Below are positions 31,359-45,873 of a DNA stretch of 64,000 bases, piece by piece. The DNA is from Gemmatimonadota bacterium. GTDB lineage: Bacteria; Gemmatimonadota; Gemmatimonadetes; Gemmatimonadales; GWC2-71-9. Made by a program: the position numbers and the translations under genes. How positions within the stretch are numbered: the stretch's first letter is position 1; each line of letters opens with the position of its first letter. The notes under the pieces were generated by a model. It worked only from the letters and a program-made list of their open reading frames with translations, searched no databases and was not told the DNA's origin. The DNA is taken from the NCBI GenBank assembly GCA_050264615.1, contig JBLNGI010000198.1:1172-65171 (forward strand), in the 5' to 3' direction.

Positions 31359-32268
31359 CGAAGGGTGCCGCCAAATCGCCCAGGGCCACCAAAGCACCGG
31401 AGCCGCCGCCTCAGCCGAAAACCAAATTCCGCGGTAAGCTGCTCGAAAACGAGCCGCTGGCGCGGTACACGACCTGGCGCATCGGCGGGCCGGCGCGGTA
31501 TCTCGTGCTGCCCGCCGAGACCGAGGACGTGGCACGCGCGCTGGAGCTGGCCCACGACCGCGGGCTGCCCTGGGTCGCGCTCGGCCTCGGCTCGAATGTG
31601 CTCGTCAAGGACGGCGGGTTCCCCGGCGTCGTGATCCGGCTGGGGAAGGGGATCGACCGCTTCGAAATGAAGGGTGCGACCGCGATCGTCGGCGCGGGAA
31701 TGCCGACACCGATTCTGGCGCGCCGCACCGCCGAAGCCGGTTTCGTCGGCGTCGAGCGGTTCGTGGGGATTCCCGGCACCCTGGGTGGCGGCATCTTCAT
31801 GAACGCGGGCTGCCATGGCGCGGAGTTCGCCGAGATCGTCACGGAAGTGACCGTGATGGACGCGCGGGGCAAGGTCAAACAACTGTCGCGCAAACAGATC
31901 TCGTTCAAGTATCGCTCGAGCAACATCGAGGGCATCGTCCTCGAAGCGAAACTGGGATTGGGCGAGGAGTCTCCCGCCAAGCTGAAGGAGCTCCAGGCCA
32001 AGCTGTTCCGCTGGCGCAAGGCGGGCACGCCGTTCGACCAGCCCTGTTGCGGCTCGACGTTCACCAATCCCAGCGGCACCAAAACCGCGGGCATGCTGAT
32101 CGACGAGTGTGGCCTCAAGGGCTTCACGATCGGCGGCGCGCAAGTCTCCACCATGCACGCGAACTACATCATCAACAAAGGCACTGCCACCGCGAGCGAC
32201 GTGCTGAAGGTCATCGAGCACATCCGCAAGACCGTCGCCAAAAAGACCGGCATCACTTTGGAGCTCGA

Positions 32269-32892
32269 GTGCAAGATCATCGGAGTGTAGGGTACTTCGC
32301 ACACGAGTCCAGTTACATCGACGATGGCGCGAGAATCGGCAACGGGACCAAGATCTGGCATTTCTCGCATGTGATGCCCGGGGCCGTGATCGGCGAGCGC
32401 TGCAACCTCGGCCAGAACGTCGTCGTGATGCCCGGCACGAAAATCGGCAACAACGTCAAAATCCAGAACAACGTCTCGATCTACGAGGGCGTCGAGCTGG
32501 AAGACGACGTGTTCTGCGGGCCCTCGTGCGTGTTCACCAACGTGATGAATCCGCGCAGCCACGTGCCCCGCAAGAACGAGTATCGGCGCACGCTGGTGAG
32601 GCGCGGCGGCTCGATCGGCGCGAATGCGACCATCGTGTGCGGCGTAACGCTGGGCGAGTACGCCTTCATCGGCGCCGGCGCCGTCGTCACGTCCGACGTT
32701 CCCGCCTACGGCCTCATGGTCGGCGTGCCCGCGCGGCGCGTGGGCTGGATGTGCCAATGCGGCGAGCGGCTGCACCCCGGGGCGGGACGGGCGGCGTGCA
32801 GCGTGTGCGGGGCGGCATACGAAGAGGCGTCCGGATCACTGCGCCAGACCCAGCCGCCCCAGCCGTCACGCGTGAAAGCGGGCGCCTCATGA
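32269..32892 (+). CDS. left-handed beta-helix (hexapeptide) N-acetyltransferase, WbpD/WlbB-like
   Basis: In-frame GTG 32269 inside tracked ORF 32047-32892. Contains [27 protein letters not shown] and hexapeptide repeats. C-terminal CxC...CxxC tail. Confidence 0.8.
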   Translation: MQDHRSVGYFAHESSYIDDGARIGNGTKIWHFSHVMPGAVIGERCNLGQNVVVMPGTKIGNNVKIQNNVSIYEGVELEDDVFCGPSCVFTNVMNPRSHVPRKNEYRRTLVRRGGSIGANATIVCGVTLGEYAFIGAGAVVTSDVPAYGLMVGVPARRVGWMCQCGERLHPGAGRAACSVCGAAYEEASGSLRQTQPPQPSRVKAGAS

Positions 32893-34004
32893 ACGTTCCG
32901 ATGCTGGATCTGGTCGCCCAGTACCAGACCATCAAGCATGAAGTCCTCCCGGCCATGATGCAGGTCATCGAGACGCAGCAGTTCATCATGGGGAAGGAAG
33001 TTGCGCAGTTGGAAGCGGAGTGCGCCAAGGTGTCGCACGCCAAGCACGGCATCGGGTGCGCGAGCGGCACCGACGCCCTGCTGCTGCCGCTCAAGGCGCT
33101 GAACCTGAAGCCGGGCGACGAGGTCATCACTACGCCGTTCACGTTCTTCGCGACGGCCGGCACGATTCACAATGCCGGCGGCACGCCAGTATTCGTCGAC
33201 ATTCAGCCCGACACGTTCAACATCGACCCGGCCGCGGTGAAGCGCGCCGTCACCTCGCGCACGCGCGCCATCATGCCGGTGCATCTGTACGGGCAGATGG
33301 CCGACATGCTCGAGCTGATGGCGATCGCCAAATCGCGGGGCATCAGGCTGATCGAAGACGCCGCCCAGGCCATCGGCGCCCGGCGCAAGATCGACGGCGA
33401 GTGGCGGGTGGCCGGTGAGCTCGGGTGGGTGACGGGCTATTCGTTCTTCCCGAGCAAGAACCTGGGCGCCTGGGGGGACGGTGGGATGATGGTCACCTCC
33501 GACGATGCGGCGGCCGAGCGGTTGCGCAGGCTGCGACTGCACGGGGGCGCCAAGCAGTATCACCACGATGAAGTCGGCACCAACTCGCGGCTCGATACGC
33601 TTCAGGCGGCTGTGCTCCTCGCCAAGCTGCCGCATCTGGCCCAGTGGTCGGCCCAACGGCGCGAGCACGCCGCGTACTACACGAAAGCATTCGCCGAAAT
33701 TCCCCAGGTCAAACCGCCGTATATAGACCCGGCGAACGACCACATCTTTCATCAGTACACGTTGCGGGCCGAACGTCGCGACGAGCTCCAGGCGCACCTG
33801 AAGAAGGAAGGGATCGGACACGCCGTGTATTATCCGATCCCGCTGCACCGGCAGCCGTGCTTCGCGCACCTGGGATACAAGGATGGGAGCCTGCCACAGT
33901 CGGAACGGGCATCCCGGGAAGCGATCTCACTCCCGATCTATCCGGAGCTGACCCGAGCGCAGCTCGACCGGGTCATCGATACGATCCGCGGATTCTATCG
34001 GTGA
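32889..34004 (+). CDS. DegT/DnrJ/EryC1/StrS family aminotransferase, WbpE-like
   Basis: ATG 32889 (ATGA overlap) inside tracked ORF 32526-34004. Contains [26 protein letters not shown] and the FFPSKNLG (PLP Lys) region. Confidence 0.88.
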   Translation: MNVPMLDLVAQYQTIKHEVLPAMMQVIETQQFIMGKEVAQLEAECAKVSHAKHGIGCASGTDALLLPLKALNLKPGDEVITTPFTFFATAGTIHNAGGTPVFVDIQPDTFNIDPAAVKRAVTSRTRAIMPVHLYGQMADMLELMAIAKSRGIRLIEDAAQAIGARRKIDGEWRVAGELGWVTGYSFFPSKNLGAWGDGGMMVTSDDAAAERLRRLRLHGGAKQYHHDEVGTNSRLDTLQAAVLLAKLPHLAQWSAQRREHAAYYTKAFAEIPQVKPPYIDPANDHIFHQYTLRAERRDELQAHLKKEGIGHAVYYPIPLHRQPCFAHLGYKDGSLPQSERASREAISLPIYPELTRAQLDRVIDTIRGFYR

Positions 34005-35005
34005 CGCGGCTCAAAGTCGGCGTTGTCGGAGCCGGCGCGTGGGGTCGTAACCACGTCCGGACCGTGGCGGGGCTGGCCGACGCCGAGCTGGCGGCCGTGT
34101 GTGACACGGACGGGAAGGTCCGGGACCGGGTAGCGCGCCAATATCCGGGCGCGCTGGTCACCGGGGATGTGGCGGCGCTTCTCGGGGCCGTGGATGCAGT
34201 GATCGTCGCCTCCCCGGCCGCCACGCATGCGAGCGTGGCGCGGCAGGTCATCGAGGCCGGGAAGCCGGTTCTGGTCGAAAAGCCGTTCGCGCTGAACGCC
34301 GCGGATGCCGAGGCCGTGGCGAGGGCGGGGGCCAAGCGGGGGGTGCCGGTGCTCGCCGGGCACCTGCTCGTGTATCATCCGGCCGTCGAAAAGCTGCGGG
34401 ATATGGTGCAGAAGGGGGATCTGGGCAGGGTATTTTACCTCTATAGCCTGCGGGTGAATCTGGGTCAGGTGCGAAAGGACGAAAACGCGCTCTGGAGCTT
34501 TGGACCCCATGATGTGTCAGTGGCACTTTACTTGCTTGACGAGCCGCCAGTACGGGTCGCTGCGCATGGCAAGAGCTATTTGCAACCGGCGATCGAGGAC
34601 GTCGTGTTCTTGACGATGGAGTTCGCGAGCGGCGTGCTGGCACACGTTCAGATGTCCTGGCTCGATCCCCATAAAGGACGGAAACTCACCGTCGTGGGCG
34701 CCAAGAAGATGGCGGTATTCGACGACATGGAGCCGCGCGAGAAGCTGCGGATCTACGATAAGGGTGTGGATCGCCCGCCGGAGTACGGCTCGTTCGGCGA
34801 GAGTTTGGCGATTCGCGAAGGCGACATCTTTATTCCTCGTATCCCGGCCGTGGAACCGCTGGCGGCCGAATTGACGCATTTTGTTCGTGTCGCGCAGGGC
34901 CGCGAGACCCCTCGCGCGAGCGCCGAGGACGGCGTGCGCGTCGTCCGCGTGTTGGAAGCTGCTTCGCGCTCGCTCGCGCGTGGCGGCGCTCCGGAGGCTC
35001 CATGA
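34001..35005 (+). CDS. Gfo/Idh/MocA family oxidoreductase, WbpB-like
   Basis: GTG 34001 (GTGA overlap) inside tracked ORF 33644-35005. Contains LKVGVVGAGAWGRNH and VLVEKPFA. Confidence 0.85.
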   Translation: MTRLKVGVVGAGAWGRNHVRTVAGLADAELAAVCDTDGKVRDRVARQYPGALVTGDVAALLGAVDAVIVASPAATHASVARQVIEAGKPVLVEKPFALNAADAEAVARAGAKRGVPVLAGHLLVYHPAVEKLRDMVQKGDLGRVFYLYSLRVNLGQVRKDENALWSFGPHDVSVALYLLDEPPVRVAAHGKSYLQPAIEDVVFLTMEFASGVLAHVQMSWLDPHKGRKLTVVGAKKMAVFDDMEPREKLRIYDKGVDRPPEYGSFGESLAIREGDIFIPRIPAVEPLAAELTHFVRVAQGRETPRASAEDGVRVVRVLEAASRSLARGGAPEAP

Positions 35006-36327
35006 CGGCGACGGTGGCGGCACCCACGATGGTCGAGGCACTGCTCACCAAGGCCAAGGACCGGAGCGCCGTCTTCGGCGTGGTCGGTCTGGGCTACGTC
35101 GGACTGCCGCTCGCCATGGAGATCGTGCGCGCCGGCTATCCCGTGATCGGTTTCGACGTGAATCCGCGCGTCGTGGACCTGCTGAACGGCGGGCGCTCGC
35201 ACATCCAGGACGTCCCCGGCGCCACCGTGGCCGATGCGGTGCAGGCCAAGAAATTCTCGACGACCACCGACCTGTCGCGGCTGAAGGAGCCGGACGTCAT
35301 CTCGATCAGCGTGCCGACCCCGCTCTCCAAGACCAAAGATCCGGACGTCAGCTACGTGCTCGCGGCGACGGAGTCCGTGAAGCGGGCGCTGCGCAAGGGC
35401 CAGCTCGTGGTGCTCGAGTCGACGACCTACCCCGGCACGACGCGTGAGCTGATCCTGCCCGCGCTCGAGGCGACGGGGCTGAAAGTCGGCGAGGATTTCT
35501 TCCTCGCGTTCTCGCCGGAGCGCGTGGATCCCGGCAACGAGCGCTTCAATACCCGCAACACCCCCAAGGTCGTGGGCGGGATCACGCCCAACTGCCTCAA
35601 GGTCGCGCTGGCGCTGTATCAACCGGCGATCGAAACGTTGGTGCCGGTCTCGTCACCCGAGGCCGCCGAGCTGGTGAAGATTCTCGAGAACACTTTCCGC
35701 AGCGTGAACATCGGGCTGGTCAACGAAATGGCGATCGTGTGTGACAAGCTCGGCGTGGACGTCTGGGAAGTCATCGAAGCCGCCGCCACCAAGCCGTTCG
35801 GATTCATGAAATTCACCCCCGGGCCCGGCGTCGGCGGGCACTGCATCCCGCTCGACCCGCACTATCTCGCCTGGAAGATGCGCACGCTCAACTACAAGAC
35901 GCGCTTCATCGAGCTGGCCGGTGAGCTCAACGCCGAGATGCCGGAATTCTGGGTCGGGAAGGTGGTGGACGCGCTGAACGAGCAGAGCAAGGCGGTGCGC
36001 GGCAGCAAGGTGCTGCTCCTGGGCGTCGCATACAAGAGGAACATCGACGACATCCGGGAGAGCCCGGCGCTGGATGTGATCCGCCTGCTGCAGCAGCGCG
36101 GCGCGCAGGTGTCGTACCACGATCCGCATGTCGCCACGATCGAGGACGACGACATCAGGATGAGCTCCGTGCCCCTCAGCGCCGAGACGCTGCGGGCGGC
36201 CGACTGCGTCATCATCATCACCGATCATAGCGCCGTCGATTACAAGCTGGTCAAACGGCACGCACGCGCCACGGTCGATACGCGCCACATCCTGGCGCGC
36301 GAGCCCAACAGCGGAGATCGCGCATGA
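35002..36327 (+). CDS. nucleotide-sugar (UDP-N-acetyl-hexosamine) 6-dehydrogenase, WbpA/WecC-like
   Basis: ORF 35002-36327. Contains VFGVVGLGYVGLPLA and the catalytic GVGGHCIPLDP. Confidence 0.85.
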   Translation: MTATVAAPTMVEALLTKAKDRSAVFGVVGLGYVGLPLAMEIVRAGYPVIGFDVNPRVVDLLNGGRSHIQDVPGATVADAVQAKKFSTTTDLSRLKEPDVISISVPTPLSKTKDPDVSYVLAATESVKRALRKGQLVVLESTTYPGTTRELILPALEATGLKVGEDFFLAFSPERVDPGNERFNTRNTPKVVGGITPNCLKVALALYQPAIETLVPVSSPEAAELVKILENTFRSVNIGLVNEMAIVCDKLGVDVWEVIEAAATKPFGFMKFTPGPGVGGHCIPLDPHYLAWKMRTLNYKTRFIELAGELNAEMPEFWVGKVVDALNEQSKAVRGSKVLLLGVAYKRNIDDIRESPALDVIRLLQQRGAQVSYHDPHVATIEDDDIRMSSVPLSAETLRAADCVIIITDHSAVDYKLVKRHARATVDTRHILAREPNSGDRA

Positions 36328-37640
36328 AGGTCGCCGTCGTCGGCACCGGGTACGTCGGCCTCGTCGTAGGCGCGTGCCTCGCGGAGACGGGCAATGACGT
36401 GATTTGCGCCGATGTCGACGCGTCCAAAATCGCCCAGCTCAAGCAGAACAAGCTGCCCATCTACGAACCGGGCCTCGAGCCCATGGTGCTCAAGAATCAG
36501 CGCGACGGCCGCCTGACGTTCACCACCGACGTCGCCGAGGCGGTCGAGCGGTCCGCCGTGATCTTCATCGCCGTCGGTACCCCGCCGGATGAAGACGGCT
36601 CCGCCGATCTCCAGCACGTGCTCGCCGTCGCGCGCACCATCGGCGACCATATGAACGAGCGCAAGCTCGTCGTCACGAAGAGCACGGTCCCCGTCGGCAC
36701 CGCCGAGAAAGTCCGCGCCGAGATCGCCAAGCGTACGAACACGCCGTTCCACGTGTGCTCGAACCCCGAGTTCCTGAAGGAAGGCGCCGCGGTCGAGGAT
36801 TTCATGAAGCCGGACCGCGTGGTGGTCGGCGTGGATTCCGACGACGCGGCCAAAGTGATCGAGGAGCTGTACGCGCCGTTCGTCCGCACCGGCAATCCGC
36901 TCGTCGTGATGGACATCCCGTCCGCGGAGATGACCAAGTACGCGGCGAACGCGATGCTGGCGACACGCATCTCGTTCATGAATCAGATCGCCCAGTTGTG
37001 CGAGGCCGTCGGGGCCAACGTCACGCACGTGCGCCGCGGTATCGGCAGCGACCGCCGCATCGGCCAGGCGTTCCTGTTCCCGGGTCCCGGGTACGGCGGC
37101 TCGTGTTTTCCGAAGGACGTCAAGGCCTTGATCCGCACGGCGAGCGACAACGACGTGCCGTTCGACGTCATGCGGGCCGTCGAATCCGCCAATGACGCCC
37201 AGAAGAACGTCCTGTTCGGGAAGCTGAAGCGTCATCTCGGGAGCCTGAAGGACAAGACGGTGGCCGTCTGGGGTCTCGCCTTCAAAGCCGAGACCGACGA
37301 CGTGCGCGAGAGTCCCGCGCTCGTGCTCGTGGAATCGCTGCTGTGCGAGGGCGTGCACGTCCACGTGCACGACCCCGCCGCCATGAAGACCGCGGCCCGC
37401 CAGCTGGGATCCCGTGTGACCTACGCGCCCCACGCCTACGACGCCCTCGGGGGCGCCGATGCGCTGGCGATCGTGACCGAATGGCTGGAGTACCGGAACC
37501 CGGACTTCGCGCGGATCAAGCAGCTGCTGCGCCGGCCGCTGATTGTGGACGGCCGAAACCTCTACGATCCGGAGAAGCTCGGCCGGCTCGGATTCACGTA
37601 CGATAGCATCGGCCGTCCGCTCGGATGCGCGTCCTCGTAA
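36324..37640 (+). CDS. ugd: UDP-glucose 6-dehydrogenase
   Basis: ORF 36324-37640. Contains [20 protein letters not shown] and [10 protein letters not shown]. Confidence 0.9.
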   Translation: MKVAVVGTGYVGLVVGACLAETGNDVICADVDASKIAQLKQNKLPIYEPGLEPMVLKNQRDGRLTFTTDVAEAVERSAVIFIAVGTPPDEDGSADLQHVLAVARTIGDHMNERKLVVTKSTVPVGTAEKVRAEIAKRTNTPFHVCSNPEFLKEGAAVEDFMKPDRVVVGVDSDDAAKVIEELYAPFVRTGNPLVVMDIPSAEMTKYAANAMLATRISFMNQIAQLCEAVGANVTHVRRGIGSDRRIGQAFLFPGPGYGGSCFPKDVKALIRTASDNDVPFDVMRAVESANDAQKNVLFGKLKRHLGSLKDKTVAVWGLAFKAETDDVRESPALVLVESLLCEGVHVHVHDPAAMKTAARQLGSRVTYAPHAYDALGGADALAIVTEWLEYRNPDFARIKQLLRRPLIVDGRNLYDPEKLGRLGFTYDSIGRPLGCASS

Positions 37641-38578
37641 CGGGCGCCGCCGGATTTCTCGGTTCACATCTCGTCGACAAGTTCCTGGGCCTCGGCTACG
37701 AGGTGCTGGGAATGGACAATCACATCACCGGCAGCCCGGCGAACCTCGAGCATCTCAGCGCCCACCCGCGGTTCCGCTTCGCCAATCAGGACGTCACGCG
37801 CTACATCGAGGTGGAAGGTCCACTGGATGGCGTGCTGCACTTTGCCAGTCCGGCGAGCCCCATCGATTATCTCGAGCTGCCGATTCAGACGCTCAAGGTT
37901 GGCGCGCTCGGAACGCACAAGGCGCTCGGACTCGCCATGGCGAAGGACTCCCGCTTTCTCCTGGCGTCGACGTCCGAGGTGTACGGCGACCCCCTCGTGC
38001 ATCCCCAGCCGGAGTCGTACTGGGGCAACGTGAACCCGGTGGGGCCGCGCGGCGTGTACGACGAAGCCAAGCGGTTCGCTGAAGCGCTCACCATGGCCTA
38101 CCATCGCTTCCACAAGCTCGACACCCGCATCGCCCGGATCTTCAACACCTATGGCCCGCGCATGCGTCCTAACGACGGCCGGGTTGTTTCGAACTTCATC
38201 GTGCAGGCGCTCCGCGGTGAGCCGCTGACCGTGTACGGCGACGGCTCGCAGACCCGGTCGTTCTGCTACGTCGATGATCTGATCGAGGGGATCGTCCGGT
38301 TGTTCGAGCGCGGCACGCCCGAGCCGACCAACATCGGCAACCCGCACGAGTTCACGGTCCGGCAGCTCGCCGACCGGGTGCTTGCCCTGACCGGCAGCAA
38401 CAGCAAGCTCGTCGAGCGGCCGCTTCCCATCGATGACCCGCACGTCCGCCAGCCCGACATTTCCTATGCTCGCGCCACGCTCGACTGGGAGCCGAAGATC
38501 GAACTGGATGACGGCCTGCGGCGTACGATCGAACACTTCCGCGGTGTAGTCGCGCGCCAGGGAGCAATCGCCCGGTGA
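37625..38578 (+). CDS. UDP-glucuronate decarboxylase (UDP-xylose synthase)
   Basis: ORF 37625-38578. Contains [31 protein letters not shown] and [10 protein letters not shown]. Confidence 0.88.
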   Translation: MRVLVTGAAGFLGSHLVDKFLGLGYEVLGMDNHITGSPANLEHLSAHPRFRFANQDVTRYIEVEGPLDGVLHFASPASPIDYLELPIQTLKVGALGTHKALGLAMAKDSRFLLASTSEVYGDPLVHPQPESYWGNVNPVGPRGVYDEAKRFAEALTMAYHRFHKLDTRIARIFNTYGPRMRPNDGRVVSNFIVQALRGEPLTVYGDGSQTRSFCYVDDLIEGIVRLFERGTPEPTNIGNPHEFTVRQLADRVLALTGSNSKLVERPLPIDDPHVRQPDISYARATLDWEPKIELDDGLRRTIEHFRGVVARQGAIAR

Positions 38579-39573
38579 GTCCTGCGTCGCAGCACCACTA
38601 TCTCGTCACCGGCGCCGCCGGCTTCATCGGATCGCACCTGTGCGAGACGCTGATCAAGCGCGGGAACGCCGTCACCGGCGTGGACAACTTCGATCCGTTT
38701 TACGCGCGCGACGTGAAGGAGCGGAATCTGTCGGGCCTGCGCAAGCTCGCGGACTTCCACTTTGTCGAAGCCGACGTCGCCCGGGACCCGCTGCCGCTCG
38801 ACGGGATCGAAGCGGTCCTCCATCTCGCGGCCAAGCCCGGAGTCCGGCCGTCCCTGGAAGATCCCGGCGCGTATATGGAGGCCAACGTCACCGCGACCGC
38901 CCGGCTCATCGACGCGGCTCGCCGCATAGGCATCACGCGCATCGTGTTCGGCTCCTCCTCATCGGTCTACGGCAACGCGACCCCGGCGCCGTTTGCCGAG
39001 GACAAGCCTGCGGTGTCGCCCATCTCCCCCTACGCCGCGAGCAAACGGGCGGGAGAGCTGCTCGCGCACGCGTTCGGCCATCTGTATCCGCTGAAGATCA
39101 TCTGCCTCCGCTTCTTCACGGTGTACGGGCCGCGGCAGCGTCCTGATCTGGCGATCCACAAGTTCACCGACCTCATCGCCCGGGGGCGGCCGATCCGGAT
39201 GCATGGCGACGGGTCCAGCGAGCGCGACTATACCTATATTACCGACTGCCTGGACGGCATTCTCGCGGCCCTGGAGTGGACGGCCGGCGCCGCCCCGGGA
39301 ACGGTGGAGACCGTCAACCTCGGCGGGGGCGAGCGCGTGCGGCTCGACCGGCTCATCGCGCTGATCGCCGAGACACTGCGGCAGGAGGCGCATATCGAGC
39401 GCCACCCCGATCAGCCCGGCGATGTGCGGTTGACCGATGCCGATCTCGCGCACGCCGGTCGCGTGCTCGGCTTCAAGCCGCGCGTCGGCATTGCAGAGGG
39501 CGTCCGGAAGTTCGTCGATTGGTACGAGGAGGTTCATGGACGTCAGTCCAGAGCGTCTGGTCGAGCAGGCTAA
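38575..39573 (+). CDS. NAD-dependent epimerase/dehydratase (UDP-glucuronate 4-epimerase-like)
   Basis: ORF 38575-39573. Contains [28 protein letters not shown] and [13 protein letters not shown]. Confidence 0.8.
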   Translation: MSPASQHHYLVTGAAGFIGSHLCETLIKRGNAVTGVDNFDPFYARDVKERNLSGLRKLADFHFVEADVARDPLPLDGIEAVLHLAAKPGVRPSLEDPGAYMEANVTATARLIDAARRIGITRIVFGSSSSVYGNATPAPFAEDKPAVSPISPYAASKRAGELLAHAFGHLYPLKIICLRFFTVYGPRQRPDLAIHKFTDLIARGRPIRMHGDGSSERDYTYITDCLDGILAALEWTAGAAPGTVETVNLGGGERVRLDRLIALIAETLRQEAHIERHPDQPGDVRLTDADLAHAGRVLGFKPRVGIAEGVRKFVDWYEEVHGRQSRASGRAG

Positions 39574-40279
39574 CGAACGGTTTCAACTTCAGGACTATTA
39601 CGGCGCGATTCATCTCCTCGAAGAGGTGGTGGCGACGGGCCGCGCCTTTGCGGACGCCCATCACCTGCTGGGCCTGTCCTACTCGCTCGCCGGACAGCCC
39701 GAGAAGGCACTCGACCAGCTCGATCGCGCGCTCGCGCTCAATCCCAATTACATCGAGGCACTGATCCATCGCGCGCTCGTCCTGAACGAGATGGGCCGTG
39801 AGGAGGAAGCCAACGCGGTGCTGCGCCGCGCGCGCAACGTCGGCTCCGCGCGCCGCGGGGGATTCCATGGACACGTCGCGGCCAAGCTGGCAAATCAGCA
39901 CGCGGCGCTGGGCAACGCGTATTACGAGGCCGGCGGGTTGAACGAAGCCATCGGGCAGTACGAGGTGGCGCTCAACCTCGGCCCCGGGTTTCACGATCTG
40001 CGCTACAAGCTGGGTCGCCTGTTGCTGGAGGCGGGCCGCGCGCTCGATGCGCACGAGCAGTTCCAGGTCATCGTCCGGGATCGCCCGTCCTTCCTCGATG
40101 CCGCCGCGATGCTGGGGCTCGCGAGCTATCTGGCGGGGGACGGGTTGGCGGCGCGCTCGGTGTGGGAGGAGCTGCGGGCTCGGCGGCCCGAGGACCCGCG
40201 GGTCGAAGCCTATCTCGCCCTGCTGTCGCGCTCCGACGTCGAAACCGTCCCAGCCTCGGGAAAGAAGAGAAAGCAGTGA
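39536..40279 (+). CDS. tetratricopeptide repeat protein
   Basis: ATG 39536 inside tracked ORF 39437-40279. TPR-like units (AHHLLGLSYSLAGQPEKALDQLDRALALNPNY). Confidence 0.65.
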   Translation: MDVSPERLVEQANERFQLQDYYGAIHLLEEVVATGRAFADAHHLLGLSYSLAGQPEKALDQLDRALALNPNYIEALIHRALVLNEMGREEEANAVLRRARNVGSARRGGFHGHVAAKLANQHAALGNAYYEAGGLNEAIGQYEVALNLGPGFHDLRYKLGRLLLEAGRALDAHEQFQVIVRDRPSFLDAAAMLGLASYLAGDGLAARSVWEELRARRPEDPRVEAYLALLSRSDVETVPASGKKRKQ

Positions 40280-41169
40280 GGCGTCTCCTCCCGGCACTGC
40301 TGGTGGTCCTGCTGTCCTGCACGCGTGCCGCCGCCAACCATGAAGAGCTCGGAGACCGCGCCTACGCGGCCGGGCAGTACGCGGATGCGCTGGCCGAGTA
40401 TCAGCTGGGCCGGCGCGCGAGTCCGGGAAGCGGCGCCTTGCTCGCCAAGGTTGGCGCGGCCGCGCTCCACGCCGAGGATTACGGGCTGGCCGCCGAGGCG
40501 TACCGCACCTTGGCCCGCCGGGATCGCTCCCGCGCGGAGGAGGCGGCCGACGGGCTCGATCGCGTGGCGCGGGCGGCGCTCGGGGCCAACGACCGCACAG
40601 CCCTCGCCAGCGCCCTGACCGGATTGCGGGAGATCGCCCCGCGGCGCCCCCTGGGGCGCTATGTCGTCCTGGCTGCATTGGATGCGGTGGATCGCGGCGA
40701 TACGGCGGAGGCCGCCGCGCTGCTGCCCGTGGCGGCCGCCTCCGCCCCGGACGTTTCGCGGGCCGACTCATTACTGTTCGTGTATGGCCGGGCGCTCGTT
40801 CGGGTCCGCGACTGCAGCACGGCGGTGCGCGTCTTTGAGGGTGTGATCCGGCGCCAGCGGGCCGCCTCGGTGGTCGAGCAGGCCCGTGAGGGACTCGGGC
40901 TCTGTGCGCTCGTGGAGGGCCAAAAGGCCCTCGAGCAGGGACGTCCCGCCGACGCCGAAGGCTGGTTCCGGCGCGCCACGGCGCCCGGCGCTTCGACCGA
41001 CGTGACGCGTGCGGCGTTCCTGGGTCTCGGTGACGTGCGCATGGCGGAGGGTGATCTGGCCGGAGCGCTGGAGAGCTATCAACAGGCGCTGCTCGGCGGG
41101 ACGCCCGGGGATACGATTTCACAACGGGCGCAGGAAAAGCTCAACGCATTGGGAAAGGTTGAACCGTAA
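40276..41169 (+). CDS. TPR-like lipoprotein
   Basis: GTG 40276 (GTGA overlap) inside tracked ORF 40162-41169. Lipobox-like VVLLSC. Ala-rich helical repeats. Confidence 0.6.
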   Translation: MRRLLPALLVVLLSCTRAAANHEELGDRAYAAGQYADALAEYQLGRRASPGSGALLAKVGAAALHAEDYGLAAEAYRTLARRDRSRAEEAADGLDRVARAALGANDRTALASALTGLREIAPRRPLGRYVVLAALDAVDRGDTAEAAALLPVAAASAPDVSRADSLLFVYGRALVRVRDCSTAVRVFEGVIRRQRAASVVEQAREGLGLCALVEGQKALEQGRPADAEGWFRRATAPGASTDVTRAAFLGLGDVRMAEGDLAGALESYQQALLGGTPGDTISQRAQEKLNALGKVEP

Positions 41170-41933
41170 TGACGAGGCGGCAGATCGTCGGCATGCTCGC
41201 ATGTGTTGTGCTGGGCGCCGGCGCCGCGTGCGGTGGTCCAAAACAGGCGAAGCCTGCTCCGGTCGTGCAGCCCGAAGCCGAGCTGGCGCGCGGCATGCAG
41301 CTGTTCCGGAAAGGGCAGTTCCGCAAGGCGCAAGTCGTCTTTCAACGGCTGACGTTCGAGTTCAGCGTGACGCAGGACGAGCTCGCACAGGCGCACTACT
41401 ATGTCGCCGAGTGCAACTTCCAGCTCGGGGACTACGTCCAGGCTGCCTCGGACTTCCGAAAAGTTGCGGACGAGTTTTCGACCACGCAGTACGCCCCGAC
41501 CGCGCTGCTGCGCGCCGGCGATTCGAATCTGCGGTTGTGGCACCGTCCCGAGCTCGACCCCAGCTATGGCGAGACCGCGCTCGCGATCTATCAGGAGCTC
41601 GCGGGCCGCTATCCCGACAGTGACGCCGCGGGGCGCGCGCGGCTGCACGTCCGCCGGCTCGAGAACCAGTTTGCGGAAAAGGCGTACAAGACCGGCATCT
41701 TTTACATGCGACGCAAGGCGTTCGACTCGGCGATCATTTATTTCAAGGATGTGATCGCGAACTATCCCAACGCGCAGCGCGCGCCCGACGCACTGCTGCG
41801 CCTGGTCGACAGCTATCGCGCGATCGGCTACACGCAGGAGGTGCAGGAGACCTGCGAGCATTTGCGCCGCTTCTACCCGAATGCGTCGCGGCTCCAGGCG
41901 AGCTGTCCCGCGCCTCCGGCGACTCCCACCTGA
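41169..41933 (+). CDS. bamD: outer membrane protein assembly factor BamD (YfiO-like lipoprotein)
   Basis: ORF 41169-41933. Lipobox GAGAAC. Contains AHYYVAECNFQLGDYVQAASDF and YPNAQRAPDALLRL. Confidence 0.8.
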   Translation: MTRRQIVGMLACVVLGAGAACGGPKQAKPAPVVQPEAELARGMQLFRKGQFRKAQVVFQRLTFEFSVTQDELAQAHYYVAECNFQLGDYVQAASDFRKVADEFSTTQYAPTALLRAGDSNLRLWHRPELDPSYGETALAIYQELAGRYPDSDAAGRARLHVRRLENQFAEKAYKTGIFYMRRKAFDSAIIYFKDVIANYPNAQRAPDALLRLVDSYRAIGYTQEVQETCEHLRRFYPNASRLQASCPAPPATPT

Positions 41934-41936
41934 GGC

Positions 41937-42503
41937 GTGACCCGCGAAGCGCTGTTCGGGGGCTCGTTCGACCCCGTGCACGTTGCGCATCTGATGGTGG
42001 CGGAAGCGGCGGCCGACGAGCTCGGGACCCGCGTTCGCTTCCTCCCCGCGCGGGAACAACCGTTCAAGCGTGCGCGCCATCAGGCGAGCCCGGAGCAGCG
42101 CGTGGCGATGCTGGAGCTCGCGGCCCAGGGAAACCCGCGTTTGGGCGTGGAACCGATCGAGCTCGGCCTGCCGACGCCTTCCTATACCGTGCGAACCCTG
42201 CGTGCCCTGGCGGAGCGGCAGCCCGGGAACCGCTTCATGTTATTGTTAGGGGCGGACGCCGCGCGAGACCTCGCGGCGTGGTGGGAAGTTGAAGCGCTTC
42301 CGGGACTTGCCGACGTCGTCGTCTTTGCGCGGCCGGGCGCCGCCGTACCGCAGCATCCCCTGATCAGCCGGGTGATTCCGGTGCCGTCGCTTGACCTGTC
42401 CGCGACGCAGGTCCGCGAGCGCGTCAAGCAGGGGCATTCCATTCGATATTTAGTGCCCGACGCGGTGCGCGAATACATCGCCACCCACGGGCTGTATCGC
42501 TAG
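41937..42503 (+). CDS. nadD: nicotinate-nucleotide adenylyltransferase
   Basis: ORF 41937-42503; [14 protein letters not shown]. Confidence 0.88.
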   Translation: MTREALFGGSFDPVHVAHLMVAEAAADELGTRVRFLPAREQPFKRARHQASPEQRVAMLELAAQGNPRLGVEPIELGLPTPSYTVRTLRALAERQPGNRFMLLLGADAARDLAAWWEVEALPGLADVVVFARPGAAVPQHPLISRVIPVPSLDLSATQVRERVKQGHSIRYLVPDAVREYIATHGLYR

Positions 42504-42510
42504 AGGGGTA

Positions 42511-45813
<3,303 letters not shown>

Positions 45814-45836
45814 CGCGGTGAGAAGGTACGAGGAGA

Positions 45837-45873
45837 GGAGCGGCATGGGGTTAGGTTCGCCCCATGCCGCTCC
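45837..45873 (+). promoter_or_regulatory. perfect 14-bp hairpin covering the radC start codon
   Basis: GGAGCGGCATGGGG (45837-45850), 9-nt loop TTAGGTTCG, CCCCATGCCGCTCC (45860-45873). The radC ATG 45864-45866 lies inside the 3' arm. Confidence 0.6.

Noticed and set aside
36240-37667. 475-aa - strand ORF
   Set aside because: It is antisense to ugd, with no motifs.
39473-41122. 549-aa - strand ORF extremely rich in Arg/Pro/Ala
   Set aside because: It is antisense to two TPR genes. The composition is typical of an out-of-frame reading of GC-rich coding DNA, and no motifs are present.
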